A DNA stretch of 63,939 nt, counting the filler, from Octopus bimaculoides (Eukaryota), in NCBI RefSeq assembly GCF_001194135.2. It is 9 parts of 7 records of this genome, joined end to end, with 100 filler letters (N's around TTAATTAATTAA, not from the genome) between each part and the next. Parts side by side here need not be neighbours in the genome. Positions count along the whole stretch, not along the records: positions 1 to 20,060 come from NC_068992.1; 8 more parts are not named here. One strand, written 5' to 3'. How positions within the stretch are numbered: the first letter of the stretch is position 1; the number at the start of each line of letters is the position of its first letter. The position numbers were made by a program, and so were the translations under genes. Positions 1-12,328 of the stretch are shown one piece after another. The notes under the pieces are model-generated. The model was not told where the DNA came from. It worked only from the letters and a program-made list of their open reading frames with translations, and made no database searches.

Positions 1-119
1 TCATCGTTGTCCCCACTTTTGTTTTTTTTCTGCTTTGTTTTCGACCCCCTCGAAAAGAAAAACTCTACATTTGTATTTTGTCCCCTCTGTGTTGAGCCCT
101 GTGTGGCTAATAAAGAAAC

Positions 120-120
<1 letters not shown>
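1..120 (+). mobile_element. 3' terminus of a LINE (possibly Tx1/L1-like), followed by (TATC)n
   Basis: Positions 90-118 (TGTTGAGCCCTGTGTGGCTAATAAAGAAA) are identical to 63176-63204. Both copies contain AATAAA and run directly into a microsatellite. Confidence 0.55.
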
Positions 121-154
<34 letters not shown>

Positions 155-385
155 GTTTAGCTAGCTATCGACCTGCATGTTTGTATGTCTGCGTGCGTGT
201 GCGTGTGTGTGTGTGTGTGTTTCTGTGTATGACTGTAAACTGTAACCTGTGGTTGAACCCTAGATAGGGAGTTTCAGCGTTTTGAGGAGTGTGGAATCTC
301 CTCTTAACTACTATTGTTCCCAGGTCTACATTAACTCGAAGTCCCTGTCAGAGTCTCCAAATATGGGTTCATTCGCATGAATATG

Positions 386-573
386 ATTCGCCATGATAGA
401 TCGCTGACCACTACACATTTTTTTTTCTCTCCTTGTTTCTTTCTGTGCTCCTTTCTGTTGAAGAGCGTAGGCTCGAAACGTTAAAGACTTTCTCTATTCC
501 CGAGCGTTATACTAATACATCCATTTGTTGTTTACACCACCTGTCTTCGTCTGTTGTTTTTTCGTGAATTCTC
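386..573 (+). mobile_element. Penelope-like pLTR-derived dispersed repeat carrying a hammerhead-like motif (family 3, copy 1)
   Basis: Aligns by eye to 54745-54923 and contains the hammerhead-topology motif at 451-486. Confidence 0.6.
451..486 (+). ncRNA. Variant minimal hammerhead motif (A6>U, possibly inactive)
   Basis: CTTT-CTGTTGA-a-GAG(cgtagg)CTC-GAAAC-GTT-AAAG. Stem I is CTTT/AAAG, stem II is GAG/CTC, and helix III is the palindrome AACGTT. The core reads CUGUUGA instead of CUGAnGA. Confidence 0.5.
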
Positions 574-1040
574 CTATGCATGTTATAAAGACTGGATTCG
601 GTGAACTGTGAAAGAAAGTTTCATGGTTCAACGAGATGAAGGCCCCTGCAGCAACGCCCTGTGGAAAGAAGAAAGCAGGCTGAGGTAGATAAGACACTTC
701 ACTTATTTGCTGCAGTTGTCTCCATACCCAGTTGTCTTGAACTGTTCTTGGCTTGGTCTTGCCACTGGATGGTCACGGACGAAAGAGAGGGGCTGACGGT
801 GCGCAAAGCTTTAAATAAAGTCAAATTTCAGGTCTGCAGTCATTTTTCAGCATGAGTAGATAGTCCTCATCGTTACGATGGGCCACCATGTGTGCACTTC
901 ATTACTTCATTTCTGAAGCTCCGATGAAGCTATAGGGTGATACACAATGTTTCAACTTTCAGTGCGTTGCATAATATAACAGAAATACCCGTAAGCTAAT
1001 GAAGTTTATGACAATTTCTTATTATAATAATTTCTTTCTA

Positions 1041-1096
<56 letters not shown>

Positions 1097-1207
1097 NNNN
1101 NNNNNNNNNNNNNNNNNNNNNNNNNNNNNNNNNNNNNNNNNNNNNNNNNNNNNNNNNNNNNNNNNNNNNNNNNNNNNNNNNNNNNNNNNNNNNNNNNNNN
1201 NNNNNNN

Positions 1208-1264
<57 letters not shown>

Positions 1265-1686
1265 CGACTTATATTATATTATATTATTATATTATATATT
1301 TGAAATTTTTACTCCTTTCATTCGTATTAATTTTAACTTTTTTAACTTCTATGAAATGATATTTACGTGTATTGTATTATACCTTTAACTCAATTTGTTC
1401 AGTTCTATGTTATCGGTTGAAACAATATATTCGTGTATAAAAATTTTATACTATATGCTATATTTTTATTTATTTATTATTTCTTCTTGCGTTATTTCTT
1501 CTTATTCCTTATGTTTGACGGATTATGCTGTATTTCTTATATATGTTCATTGAGCGGGTGTGATATGTTGAGTCGTTAACCCAGTCTTTTTATTTTATAA
1601 CTAATATTTTACTCTTGTCTCATTTATTCTGAGCACTTCTCCTTGCAGCCCTGTATAAAATCTATTGGTTTCCTAATAAGAAACCA

Positions 1687-1753
<67 letters not shown>

Positions 1754-2009
1754 AGAAGAGAGGTGACTTGGGGGCTTCGATCTGCTGTTACCCTTTATCG
1801 CACTGACATTCGAGGAAGGCTAGCTGGTTGAAGCTTCGAAGTCACTCTCACCCCGCTGCTTATAAATGTACATAAACATGTACTCTACAAAACAATATTG
1901 AGTAATACTTCAGAATGATTATTTTTTATTACAACTTGTCACAAATACTCCCAACCCCTCTAGAAAAATACACATGTGTGTATATATATGTCTGTGTATA
2001 AATATATCT

Positions 2010-2525
2010 CTATCTTCTCACCTGGGAAGTAGGGGCTGGCGATAGAAATAAGTGGAGAAAATAAATATGCGAAGGATGTCGTTCCCTCCATGCAAAGTCA
2101 ATAAGATGGCAATGGTCAAAAGAGCTACTCGCAAGGTAAAGCAAGCTGGATTAGCTGTTCCTCTGTTTGTCCTGAATGTGGCCGAAATATGCTTGTCAAA
2201 TGAAGGACTCCAAAGCCACCTTAGGATTTACATATGCAACCAGTCCAATAGATTACGTTCAATTCTTTATTGTCAACACGTTTACCTGTGATGTACGCGA
2301 CAAAGCCTGCAAAAGTCGCTCCGGTTCCACCAGACATTTGAAAACCCATAATGATCGTCAATCTGGGAAGCCTAATCGTCAGGCCGAAAACATGGTTTTA
2401 GTTTGCAGTCTGCGATGTCTTTCGCTGGCTTCATGAGACAATGTCCATCTCATGTTCGTAGGGACCATCAGCTATAAGTCAGCTTGCCAGTAACGGCCAT
2501 GCTCGTCTAACGAGGAGACAATCGT
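2010..2525 (+). mobile_element. Decayed RTE-type LINE 3' end with degenerate C2H2 zinc fingers
   Basis: Across frameshifts it reads FVCPECGR..CLSNEGLQSHLRI, FTCDV(R)DKACKSRSGSTRHLKTH and a third LVCSL..CLSLAG unit. These resemble the C-terminal LICNVCSHICLSRAGLISHQR of the RTE at 55044. Confidence 0.6.
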
Positions 2526-2715
2526 CCTGTATCTCAATATCTTTTATGTGCGTTAATTTGTCTTTGTGTTTGGATTGCCTTATGTATTTCCGGATTTATT
2601 AATTTTACTGATACTTTCTGTATCTAAATATGCGAGCACAACTGAAAGGACCGTCGGTATCGTATGGTATAACCATCGATTAAACATGGGATTTTCGCCA
2701 TTCTTATTTTCGTGG

Positions 2716-2761
<46 letters not shown>

Positions 2762-4258
2762 CATACCTACCTGTCTACCTACCTACCAGTATGTCTATCT
2801 GCCTACCTATCACTGATTTGCTGGACCGTGCAGGATAGAGTTAAGGAAGATATGTTTTTTGAACGTGTTTAATCCATAAATGTGTGTGGTGGTGGCGTGT
2901 GTGTTGCCAGCACCGGGTGCAAAGAGGATCGTATGGGGAGGACGCGCTAATTTTAATTTATTAGGGATTAATTTTTTTAAATATTTTGAAACTTTAATGA
3001 CTGATATTTTGGCATCCAGGACAAACGCCCTTGTGCTATCACCGACGTTACGCTGCAGATGTAAGTTCAACAAAAAATAGATTGTTTCGTCTGTGAACAG
3101 AATACATTTTATTAAGGTTACTGTTACTGAATATTAGTATGATCTATATTTTAAGTTTTCTGGCCTGTTCCTATCAGTATATCACCACCAAAAATAAATA
3201 TCACAGCACCACATAAAGACTGTGCATTCCATCTTCTTGATTTATGAATTTTTATATGATTTTTGCATACACTAAGGGAGTTCTACATGTATATCCAGTA
3301 AAAGGAGTATCCCTAACATATGATGGCATATGGTAGCTGATAACCGTATTGGAGCTTTGAAATGCACGTTATTACACAAGATGATATTAAGTATATATAC
3401 ATATATATATTATTGTGTCTGGGGTGAATCATTCTCTTTTAGTACTTTATTACTTAACACACTCACCCGTTTGATTTCAACTCAATTATTTTTTCTAAAA
3501 GTTTTGTTGCGGCTTGCATCCTTTTCAATAGTCGTTGACTCTGTCCATACGAAAACTATGCGTTTAAATTGATGCAATGGTTGCATAGTTCAATTAAATG
3601 GAATTGTGTGAAACGATCGTACTGCATTACCTCTGGATATCCTTGTTGCTTATTTTGATTCTAATCACCTTATATATATTTATATACGCGATGGTTACCT
3701 ACTCCTGACCGAGGAAGAAGATCCATCAAAGACCAATGGGAAATTGTGCACTGAAGAACATTTATACTTTACATTTAGCAGCAAAGCCAAACAAAGTGTC
3801 AACAACGGATGTGCAAAATCTCATGACAAATAAGGAGTGATTCCTTATAGACTTTTCCCATCCTGTTGACAGGATCCAGAGACAAGCCAAGGCAAGATAT
3901 CTCGTAACATTATAGGTCGTAAGCTAAGGAATGTGGGAGCGTCAGGATCTCAAGCTCAAGCAAAGCATCACGAAAACACCCACTATTATTTCCTGCTTAT
4001 CCGGTTGTATAGCAGAATGACCAACTCGTGGAGGAATTTTTTCTAGCAAAATTCGGAGAGTACCTCACTCTCAGTGGTTATCTAACAGGCCGGACACCAA
4101 CCCGGAATTTACATACATACATACATACATACATAGACATACATAAATACACGCATATATAGATACAAACATGTATACATAGATACATACATAAACATAC
4201 ATACATACATATATACATATATGCACAAACATACACACAAACATGCATACACACACGG

Positions 4259-4577
4259 AGCATTCCGTTGGTTATGACGACGAGGGTCCCAGCTGATACG
4301 ATCTACGGAATAGCTTGCTCATGAAATTAAAATGGTTGAGCACTCCACAGACGCGTGTACTCTTAACGTAGTTCTCAGGGAGATCCAGCATGACTCAGAA
4401 TGAAACAAGGCAGGCTCCTTTGAATTACAGGTAGAACACATTTTTTGCCAGTTGAGTGAACTGGAACAACGTGAAATAAAGTGTCTTGCTCAAAGACACA
4501 ACACGTCGCCGGGAATTGAACTCACGATCTTACGATCATGAGTCGAATCACCTAACCACTAAGCCACGCACCTTCAC
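4259..4577 (-). mobile_element. tRNA-derived SINE (family C)
   Basis: The minus strand begins GTGAAGGTGCGTGGCTTAGTGGTTAGG (A box) and later reads GAGTTCAATTCCC (B box). The head and core are shared with 9615-9878. Confidence 0.75.
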
Positions 4578-4617
4578 ATACTCACTTACATACAAGCACA
4601 CACACACTTACATACAC

Positions 4618-4806
4618 GCCGAGTGAAATGGTTTCCGGTATTTCGTCTGCCTTTACGTTCTGAGTTCAAATTCCGCTGAGGTCGACTTTGCCTTTCATCC
4701 TTTCGGGGTCGATAAATTAAGTACCAGTTGCGTACTGGAATCGATCTAATCGACTGGCCCCCTCCTCCCAAATTTCGGGTCTTGTGCTAGAGTAGAAAAG
4801 AATATT
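4618..4806 (+). mobile_element. SINE family A, 5'-truncated
   Basis: Contains the family A core CTGAGTTCAAATTCCGC..GAGGTCGACTTTGCCTTTCATCCTTTCGGGGTCGATAAATTAAGTACCAG, which recurs more than 10 times in the window. Confidence 0.85.
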
Positions 4807-4816
4807 CATTTGTAAA

Positions 4817-5290
4817 TAAGGCAGTGAGCTGGCGGAGTCGTTAGCACGCCGGACGAAATGCTTAGCGGTATTTCGTCTGTCTTTATGCTCTGAGTTCAAA
4901 TTCCGCCGAGGTCGACTTTGCCTTTCNNNNNNNNNNNNNNNNNNNNNNNNNNNNNNNNNNNNNNNNNNNNNNNNNNNNNNNNNNNNNNNNNNNNNNNNNN
5001 NNNNNNNNNNNNNNNNNNNNNNNNNNNNNNNNNNNNNNNNNNNNNNNNNNNNNNNNNNNNNNNNNNNNNNNNNNNNNNNNNNNNNNNNNNNNNNNNNNNN
5101 NNNNNNNNNNNNNNNNNNNNNNNNNNNNNNNNNNNNNNNNNNNNNNNNNNNNNNNNNNNNNNNNNNNNNNNNNNNNNNNNNNNNNNNNNNNNNNNNNNNN
5201 NNNNNNNNNNNNNNNNNNNNNNNNNNNNAGTTACGCACTGGGGTCGATTTTATCGACTGGCCCCCTCCCCAAAAGTTTTGAGCCTTCTGC
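4817..5290 (+). mobile_element. SINE family A interrupted by an N gap
   Basis: Head AAGGCAGTGAGCTGGCGGAGTCGTTAGC followed by the core; the 3' part resumes after the gap at 5229. Confidence 0.8.
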
Positions 5291-5489
5291 CTAAAATAGA
5301 AAGGAAACAGTGCATATACACACATACATGCAAAAATACTCTGTCGATGTTGAAATTCCAATGGAGGAGCCTGAATAATGATACACAAACACGCCCGTGC
5401 ACACGCACAAACATACCTACACACAAAGACACACGAACGCACACTCAACCGCATATACACACACATGTTTATATGAATGTATATCTATA

Positions 5490-5990
5490 GCGCAAGAATG
5501 GATGTGTGGTTAAGAAACTTGTTTTCCAACTATGTGGTTCCGGGATCAGTCCCAATGCGTGACATCTTGGGCAAGTGTCTTCTACTATAGCCTCGGACCG
5601 ACGAAAGTGCTCTCAGGGAAACTGGTTGAAAGAAGCCCGAAGTATACATATATATAGTTGAAGAAATCGACCCCTGCGCTTATTTTTTGTAGGCCTGGTA
5701 CTTATTCTATCGGACTCTTCTGTGGAACTGCTAAGATCCAGCGACGGACACTTCTGTGGAACTGCTAAGATCCAGCGACCTAAATATACCAGCATCGATG
5801 TATGTTAAGATGTGTATGTATGTATGTGTATGTTTATGCGTGTGTGTATCTTTTTTCTGGTGTTGTGTTTGTTCCCCAGATCGCCTAACTACCGACGTTG
5901 GTTTCTTTACGTCCAATTAACTTAGTGCTTCGGTAAAAAGAATCCGACTGAATAAATACAAATACTGGTTGGGAGATCTGTTCGTCCAAA
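5490..5990 (+). mobile_element. SINE family B (CORE-like), rearranged, with an inverted internal fragment and a 28-bp direct duplication
   Basis: The head ..GTGTGGTTAAG..CTTGGGCAAGTGTCTTCTACTATAGCCTCGG matches 42716. Segment 5672-5800 is an antisense 3' piece. TTCTGTGGAACTGCTAAGATCCAGCGAC occurs twice. Confidence 0.7.
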
Positions 5991-6539
5991 GCCATCCAAG
6001 ACCGCACCGCACCGTGGTCACTGCCGATTGACTCGCACGATGGCTTCATGATGGCAATATTGTGATTTCAATTCCCTGGCCGGGAAAAATATTTTGTTCT
6101 TGAACAAAACATTTCATTTTACGTTACTCTACTTTTTGTTTCAGCCTACATTGCGACCATGCAGGGGCACCGCTGTGAAGAATTCTTAGTCAAATGATGT
6201 GGTGAGGGTGAAGTTAAGAAGCTTTTGAACAATAGATATGTAGGGGATATTTTTCAGGGCGGAAATGCGCACTGTCACGTGACAGGCATATCATCAGAAA
6301 TCGTGATATATGATCTCGATGATGATGATGATAATGATAATGATAATGATGATGATGATCATCATCATTATCGTAATCTTTATTATTATCGCTTAAACTT
6401 CGGGGACGCTAGAAATAGCGTAAAAATCTTCCTTTAAATGCACTTCCTAACATCTTATGCAATAAAAAAAAACAACTGCTTCTTCCTCCTTCTCCCCATC
6501 GCCTCCACATCATCACCACCAAACCACCACTACCATCAC

Positions 6540-6580
<41 letters not shown>

Positions 6581-6710
6581 CAACCACCAACAGCAGTGTC
6601 TTCGTCACCAGCACTAAAACCACTATCACAATCATCATGTGTGTGTGTGTGTGTGTGTCTCTCTCTCTCTATATATATATATACACACATACACAACATC
6701 ACATACATGT

Positions 6711-6759
<49 letters not shown>

Positions 6760-7104
6760 CACATATTGATGCACTCGTAAACAATCGCAGACATGCCATT
6801 TCAGTCACCGCTAACCCTAACATCACCATTTCCGTCACCAGAGAACATTCCAGCTACTAACGGACAGATTCTTTCACCACCACNNNNNNNNNNNNNNNNN
6901 NNNNNNNNNNNNNNNNNNNNNNNNNNNNNNNNNNNNNNNNNNNNNNNNNNNNNNNNNNNNNNNNNNNNNNNNNNNNNNNNNNNNNNNNNNNNNNNNNNNN
7001 NNNNNNNNNNNNNNNNNNNNNNNNNNNNNNNNNNNNNNNNNNNNNNNNNNNNNNNNNNNNCAACACACACACACACAAACACACACACACACTTGCACAA
7101 ATGG

Positions 7105-7123
7105 TACGACAAAACTTGGCTCC

Positions 7124-7169
<46 letters not shown>

Positions 7170-7563
7170 GTGTATATATATGTATATATATACATATATA
7201 TGTGTGTGTGTGTATGTGTGTGTATGAGTGTGTATGTATATGTGTACTCATAAACACACACAGAGATAGGCATATATATATATACAAACATGCATACAAT
7301 GCATACATACACACATCATCTCACCCATCCATCCATCCATCCATCCATCCATCCAGCTATACATAGATACATATATACATACGTACATAAATAAATGCAT
7401 ACATACATACATACATACATACATACATACATACATACACGGACACACGCATTTGGTACACTTGGCTGCTAATGATTCTTGCAGACTTTGAGTGCAAAAT
7501 TCTAAAACTGTGTACAGCCCTGCACCATCTTGTCGTGAGAACAGAAGGTATGCTACACACACA

Positions 7564-7643
<80 letters not shown>

Positions 7644-7660
7644 CACACATACATATCTGC
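7105..7660. repeat. Compound microsatellite block (TA, TG, CCAT, TACA, CA)
   Basis: Seen directly; representative of dozens of such blocks in the window. Confidence 0.95.
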
Positions 7661-7934
7661 AAGTAAATACGCACATACAATAATCTATATCACATCCACG
7701 TAGACACAGTCACATACAGCATATCACATATAAGCGCATATAGTCATAAACACACATATACACCACTCACGCATGCACAAAGACATGTTCTCTAGTACAC
7801 ACGCACTAATGACAACACACCTACCTGAGCATACACACACACCTTGTCACATACATATACTTACTCTACCGCATACGTGTATATACATTAACACATGCTC
7901 AACCATGTTTATAGCACATCTATCTCTCTATCGA

Positions 7935-7989
<55 letters not shown>

Positions 7990-8013
7990 GCCTGTCTGCC
8001 TGTCTGTCTGACA

Positions 8014-8057
<44 letters not shown>

Positions 8058-8381
8058 ATCTATCTATCTTTCTATCTATCTATCTGTCTATCTATCTATC
8101 TGTCTATCTATCTTTCTATCTATCTATCTATCTATCTATATTACCCACTCTTTCTCTCTCTCTTTCTAACTATATATCTGTTTCCTTCTCTCTCGATTTC
8201 TCTCTTTCTGTCTATATTTGCAAAAAGAAACAAAACGTACATAAAGTAACTTACATGCAGGTACACAGATACGCACGCCCTCAGACACATTGATTTATAT
8301 GTACACACACACATACACACACATACACACACATACACACACATACACACATATACACACACATACAGACATACATACATA

Positions 8382-9527
8382 CAGGTTGCGATGGGTAAAT
8401 TGTCGTCATTTTGTATTTTAAATTTCGCGCATGCGCATGTTGTTTGCTTTTGATTTCGTCGACTACACAGTATAGTGGAGTCGGTTGGGTACCGTCTGTA
8501 AAAAAAAAACAAACAACACCATGACGCAATTCACTGTCAGAAACCCGGAAACGCCATGCTGTACTGCTTGGCATTCGTGTCAGAAGTTCCAATACGAACA
8601 TTTCAGAGTGTTTGGGTGTGAATTTGAGGACAGTGAAGAGGATTCGGAAAGAGCTGGATGCGTCTAAGGGCGATAACGAAGGTATGGCACCTCAGAAAAC
8701 TCACTCTGATCGTTCTGATAAGAAATGAACTCCTGGATTTGTTGGTGACATCCAGGCCATAATTGACAACGATCCCTCCAAGTCAATCAAGTCCATCGCG
8801 AGGGACATGGAAGTGACTGAGTTTCTTATCAGTCAGGTAGTGCATGAAGACATTCGGTATTCTTCATACAAGATGAGAAAGGGCCAATTTTTATGCCAAC
8901 CCATCAAGGACAAGAGGCAAAACCGCGCCACGAAGCTTTTGAACAAACTCAAGCCTCCTCTCCAACTGAACATGCTTTGGTTTTTCTCAGCTGAGAAAAA
9001 TTTCTGCCAGCAGGATCAGATGGTGAACACACAGAACAACCGTTGGCTTGACGTGTCTCCAAAACATGTAACGGCCTCACACTCAACACGGAAGCCTACA
9101 TCAAGTGCCTGGAGGAGGTAGTGCTGCCTTGGGTCAAAAGGGTGACTGCTGGAAGATCCTATGTCTGGCGGCAGGACTCTGCACCATGCTACACAAGCAG
9201 GAGAACCCAGTCATGACTGTCAGACAATTTCTTCGACCACCTAACTCCCCAGGCTGTAACCTCTTTGATTATTATGTGTGGGGCGCAGCTGAACGAGAGA
9301 CCAACAAAACTGAAGACAAGGATTATGGCAGCATTCACTTAAACAAGGAGACCGCCCGGAAGAGTTGCAGGAGATTCCGAAGTCGTCTGGAGGCCTTGGT
9401 TGAAGCCGATGGCGTTTCTATCGAATAAATTTACTCTTCAGTATTTCAAGATATTTTATGTAATTTTAGTAAATATATCTGTTAAAATGAGATATCAGTG
9501 TTTAGACAAGATATTCACCGCACCCTG
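8382..9527 (+). mobile_element. Tc1/mariner DNA transposon relic (maT/DD37D-like), internally deleted
   Basis: Imperfect TIRs CAGGTTGCGATG... and ...CACCGCACCCTG, flanked by TA on both sides. Transposase motifs in shifted frames: WFFSAEKNF..DQMVNTQNNRW, WRQDSAPCYT, PPNSPGCNLFDYYVWG. Confidence 0.85.
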
Positions 9528-9546
9528 TATATACGGAAATACCTCC

Positions 9547-9614
<68 letters not shown>

Positions 9615-9617
<3 letters not shown>

Positions 9618-9878
9618 ATACAAAGGGTAAAGGTCCTTTCCGAATCCTTCAGGCTAAAAGGGCCACTTTCACAGTTTCCATGGCGCATAATATATTCCCC
9701 TGGACAGGGCGCCGTTTTCTCGAAGGATTACTCCTTTTTGCCAGTCGAGTGGAGTGGAGCAACGTGAAATAACGTGCTTTTGATCAAGGACAAAACGCGT
9801 CGCTCGATCCAGGAATCGAAATTACAATCCTATGATCATGATTCCAACAGCTTAACCACTAGGCTAAGTGCTTTCCCA
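9615..9878 (-). mobile_element. tRNA-derived SINE (family C-related head, different tail)
   Basis: Shares CTTTTTGCCAG..GAGTGGA..GGAGCAACGTGAAATAA and the tRNA-like head with 4259-4577. Confidence 0.65.
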
Positions 9879-10007
9879 CAGCACACACGCATACACACAC
9901 GCGCGCGCGCGTACACACACACACACACACACATATACATATACATACATACATACACACATACATATATATACATATGTATATATATATATATGTACAC
10001 ACACACG

Positions 10008-10089
10008 CAGTAATACCTCGACTATCGCGGGTGCTAAGTTCCAAAACCCCCACGATAGATGAAAATCCGCGAAGTAGAAACAGTACTGT

Positions 10090-10166
<77 letters not shown>

Positions 10167-10762
10167 TGTGAGAGACCAGTGCATGCCATCAAAATAACAC
10201 TGGGGTACAAATATACGAAGCCCAATATACCCATCATAGCTACCCGTCTGATAAGAGTACACCAGGCACATGCATCACAACCATATGTGCGCGACATGGT
10301 GATCTCATATCATGACCTCGCAAGTGGGGCCCAGTTAGAATTTTCTTCAGGTCAAGTAGCCCATCCCACTCAAAAGGTCTCTGAATAAGGTTTGTTTAAG
10401 GATGTTGAGCAAAACACCCATGTTTCCGAAGGTGAATTATCCAAACCACAAAGAATTCCTCTCAACACATGGCTATGATACTCCCCCACTATTTCTGCTC
10501 GTTATCAAAGTTCCACATATCGTCAGCCACTAAGGGACATGCTCAATTGGTTAAGGTCAAGCAACTGAGAAGCAAATCTGTGGTATTGAGCAGAATGTTT
10601 GCTGTAGCCCATCTCTTTATACCAAGACAAAACAATGTACATGATAACACTTCCAGTCAATTAAGATCAGAAGCCATGAGAGCCGAATCGACGTAAGCTT
10701 AAATAATAAACCGCGATAAATGAACTGCGATAAGAGAACCGCGATATGGCGAGGGATTACTG
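10008..10762 (+). mobile_element. Tigger/pogo-like MITE expanded by nested microsatellites and a ~510-bp insertion
   Basis: Termini CAGTAATACCTCG and CGAGGGATTACTG(TA) are inverted complements. Both halves match the compact copy at 11691-11923. Confidence 0.75.
10170..10683. mobile_element. Unclassified insertion nested in the MITE
   Basis: Non-MITE sequence splits the two MITE halves and is preceded by (ATT)n. Confidence 0.45.
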
Positions 10763-11224
10763 TACACATATTTATATACGTGTATATGTGTATAGATGCA
10801 CAGATGCATAAACGCATATATATATATATCGTATATACAAGCATACTTATGCATATGTACGGTGATTGTTCTATCTTCATAGATGATTGCCGTGCCTCTG
10901 AGCTTCTTCGTTGTCAACGGCATTCCTGACGTTCCATCAATGACCTCTGAGATGATTATTCAGTCCCACAGCAGGTTTGCATTATTGAACCCTTTTGTTA
11001 CCATATTTCTGTTGAGATGCTCTGTGTTTCTTTCAATTAATTCTAAATATAACAAAGAATTTAGTAAAATAACTCAGTTATCATTAAGCTAGGTTAGGGA
11101 CATAAATTGTAACTAAGTTTGGTAGAAGATTCTAATTCAAAATTTATGAAAACAAGACATTTATGCTACAGAGCCAGAGGCAGTTTCAGCCGGGTTGGTA
11201 TCGAAAAGGTTAAAGCATAGGTAA

Positions 11225-11660
11225 CAGATGCAAGTTGTAAATTGTAGTGGATTAATTGGATCACAGAGATCATATCTCTGTGAACTGCCACATATCCCTT
11301 CAGACTCGAAATCACCTTGCAGGACCTTTCACCGAATCACCTTGTTGAGGAGGCTGTTGCATACCAGGACTGTATGCAAAGCCAGTTTTGCCCAGCATTT
11401 TTTTTTTCCATTAATTTCCAGTTCCTTCAGGTTGCCTGTTATGCAGTCTTTGTACCTTCTTTGTGGTTCGTGCTGAGAACACCTTCCAGGCCATAGCTCC
11501 TTGGAGAACAGCTCTTTTGGAATCTTTTTATCTTCCATGCACACAACATGCGCTTCCGAGTGCACGGCAGTCATCGTGGTCACGTAACCTCAACACATTA
11601 CGCCATGATTCTGTTCTTGCCTCCATAAACATTAGCATCGATAGCCAAAGGCGGCTCACA
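11225..11660 (-). mobile_element. Decayed RTE LINE 3' fragment
   Basis: HVVCMEDKKIPKELFSKELWPGRCSQHEPQRRYKDCI parallels GHIIRVKDSRIPKQMLYGELVNGRRLQQKPRLCFKDCV in the 55044 RTE. Confidence 0.8.
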
Positions 11661-11690
11661 TGAAAAGCGTATTCAAAATCCTTTCTACTA

Positions 11691-11923
11691 CAGCAATCCC
11701 TCGCCATATCGCGGTTCACCAATCGCGGTTTCACCTATCGCAGTTTATTATTTAAGCTTACGTCGATTCCTCTGTGGTGTTGTTTTGCATTTATAATAAA
11801 ATAAATATATACAAATTATAAAAATAATAACAAAATATAGAGTACAGTACTGTTTCTTCTTCGCAGATGTTCGCCTATCGCGGGGAGTTTTGGAACGTAA
11901 CAACTGCGATAGTCGAGGGATTA
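11691..11923 (-). mobile_element. Tigger/pogo-like MITE (~233 bp), inverted relative to 10008-10762
   Basis: Begins (TA)CAGCAATCCCTCG and ends CGAGGGATTA. Internal blocks are reverse complements of 10008-10090 and 10685-10762. Confidence 0.8.
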
Positions 11924-12137
11924 GAGTAGAGGCACAAGGCCTGAAATTTTAGAAGGACATAGCCGATTACATTGACCCCAGCGTTTCACCGGTACTTNNN
12001 NNNNNNNATAAATATATACAAATTATAAAAATAATAACAAAATATAGAGTACAGTACTGTTTCTTCTTCGCAGATGTTCGCCTATCGCGGGGAGTTTTGG
12101 AACGTAACAACTGCGATAGTCGAGGGATTAGAGTAGA

Positions 12138-12328
12138 GGCACAAGGCCTGAAATTTTAGAAGGACATAGCCGATTACATTGACCCCAGCGTTTCACCGGT
12201 ACTTAACCCATCGACCCCGAAAGGATGAAAGGCAAAGTCGATCTCGGCGGAATTTGAACCCAGAAACCTAAAGACAGACGAAATACCGCTAAGCATTTTG
12301 TCACGCGCGCTCACGATTCTACCAGCTC
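12138..12328 (-). mobile_element. SINE family A
   Basis: Reverse complement of the family A core (CGACCCCGAAAGGATGAAAGGCAAAGTCG). Confidence 0.85.

Noticed and set aside
11801-12204. 197-bp exact tandem duplication
   Set aside because: Identical copies straddle a 10-N gap, which is typical of an unmerged contig overlap.
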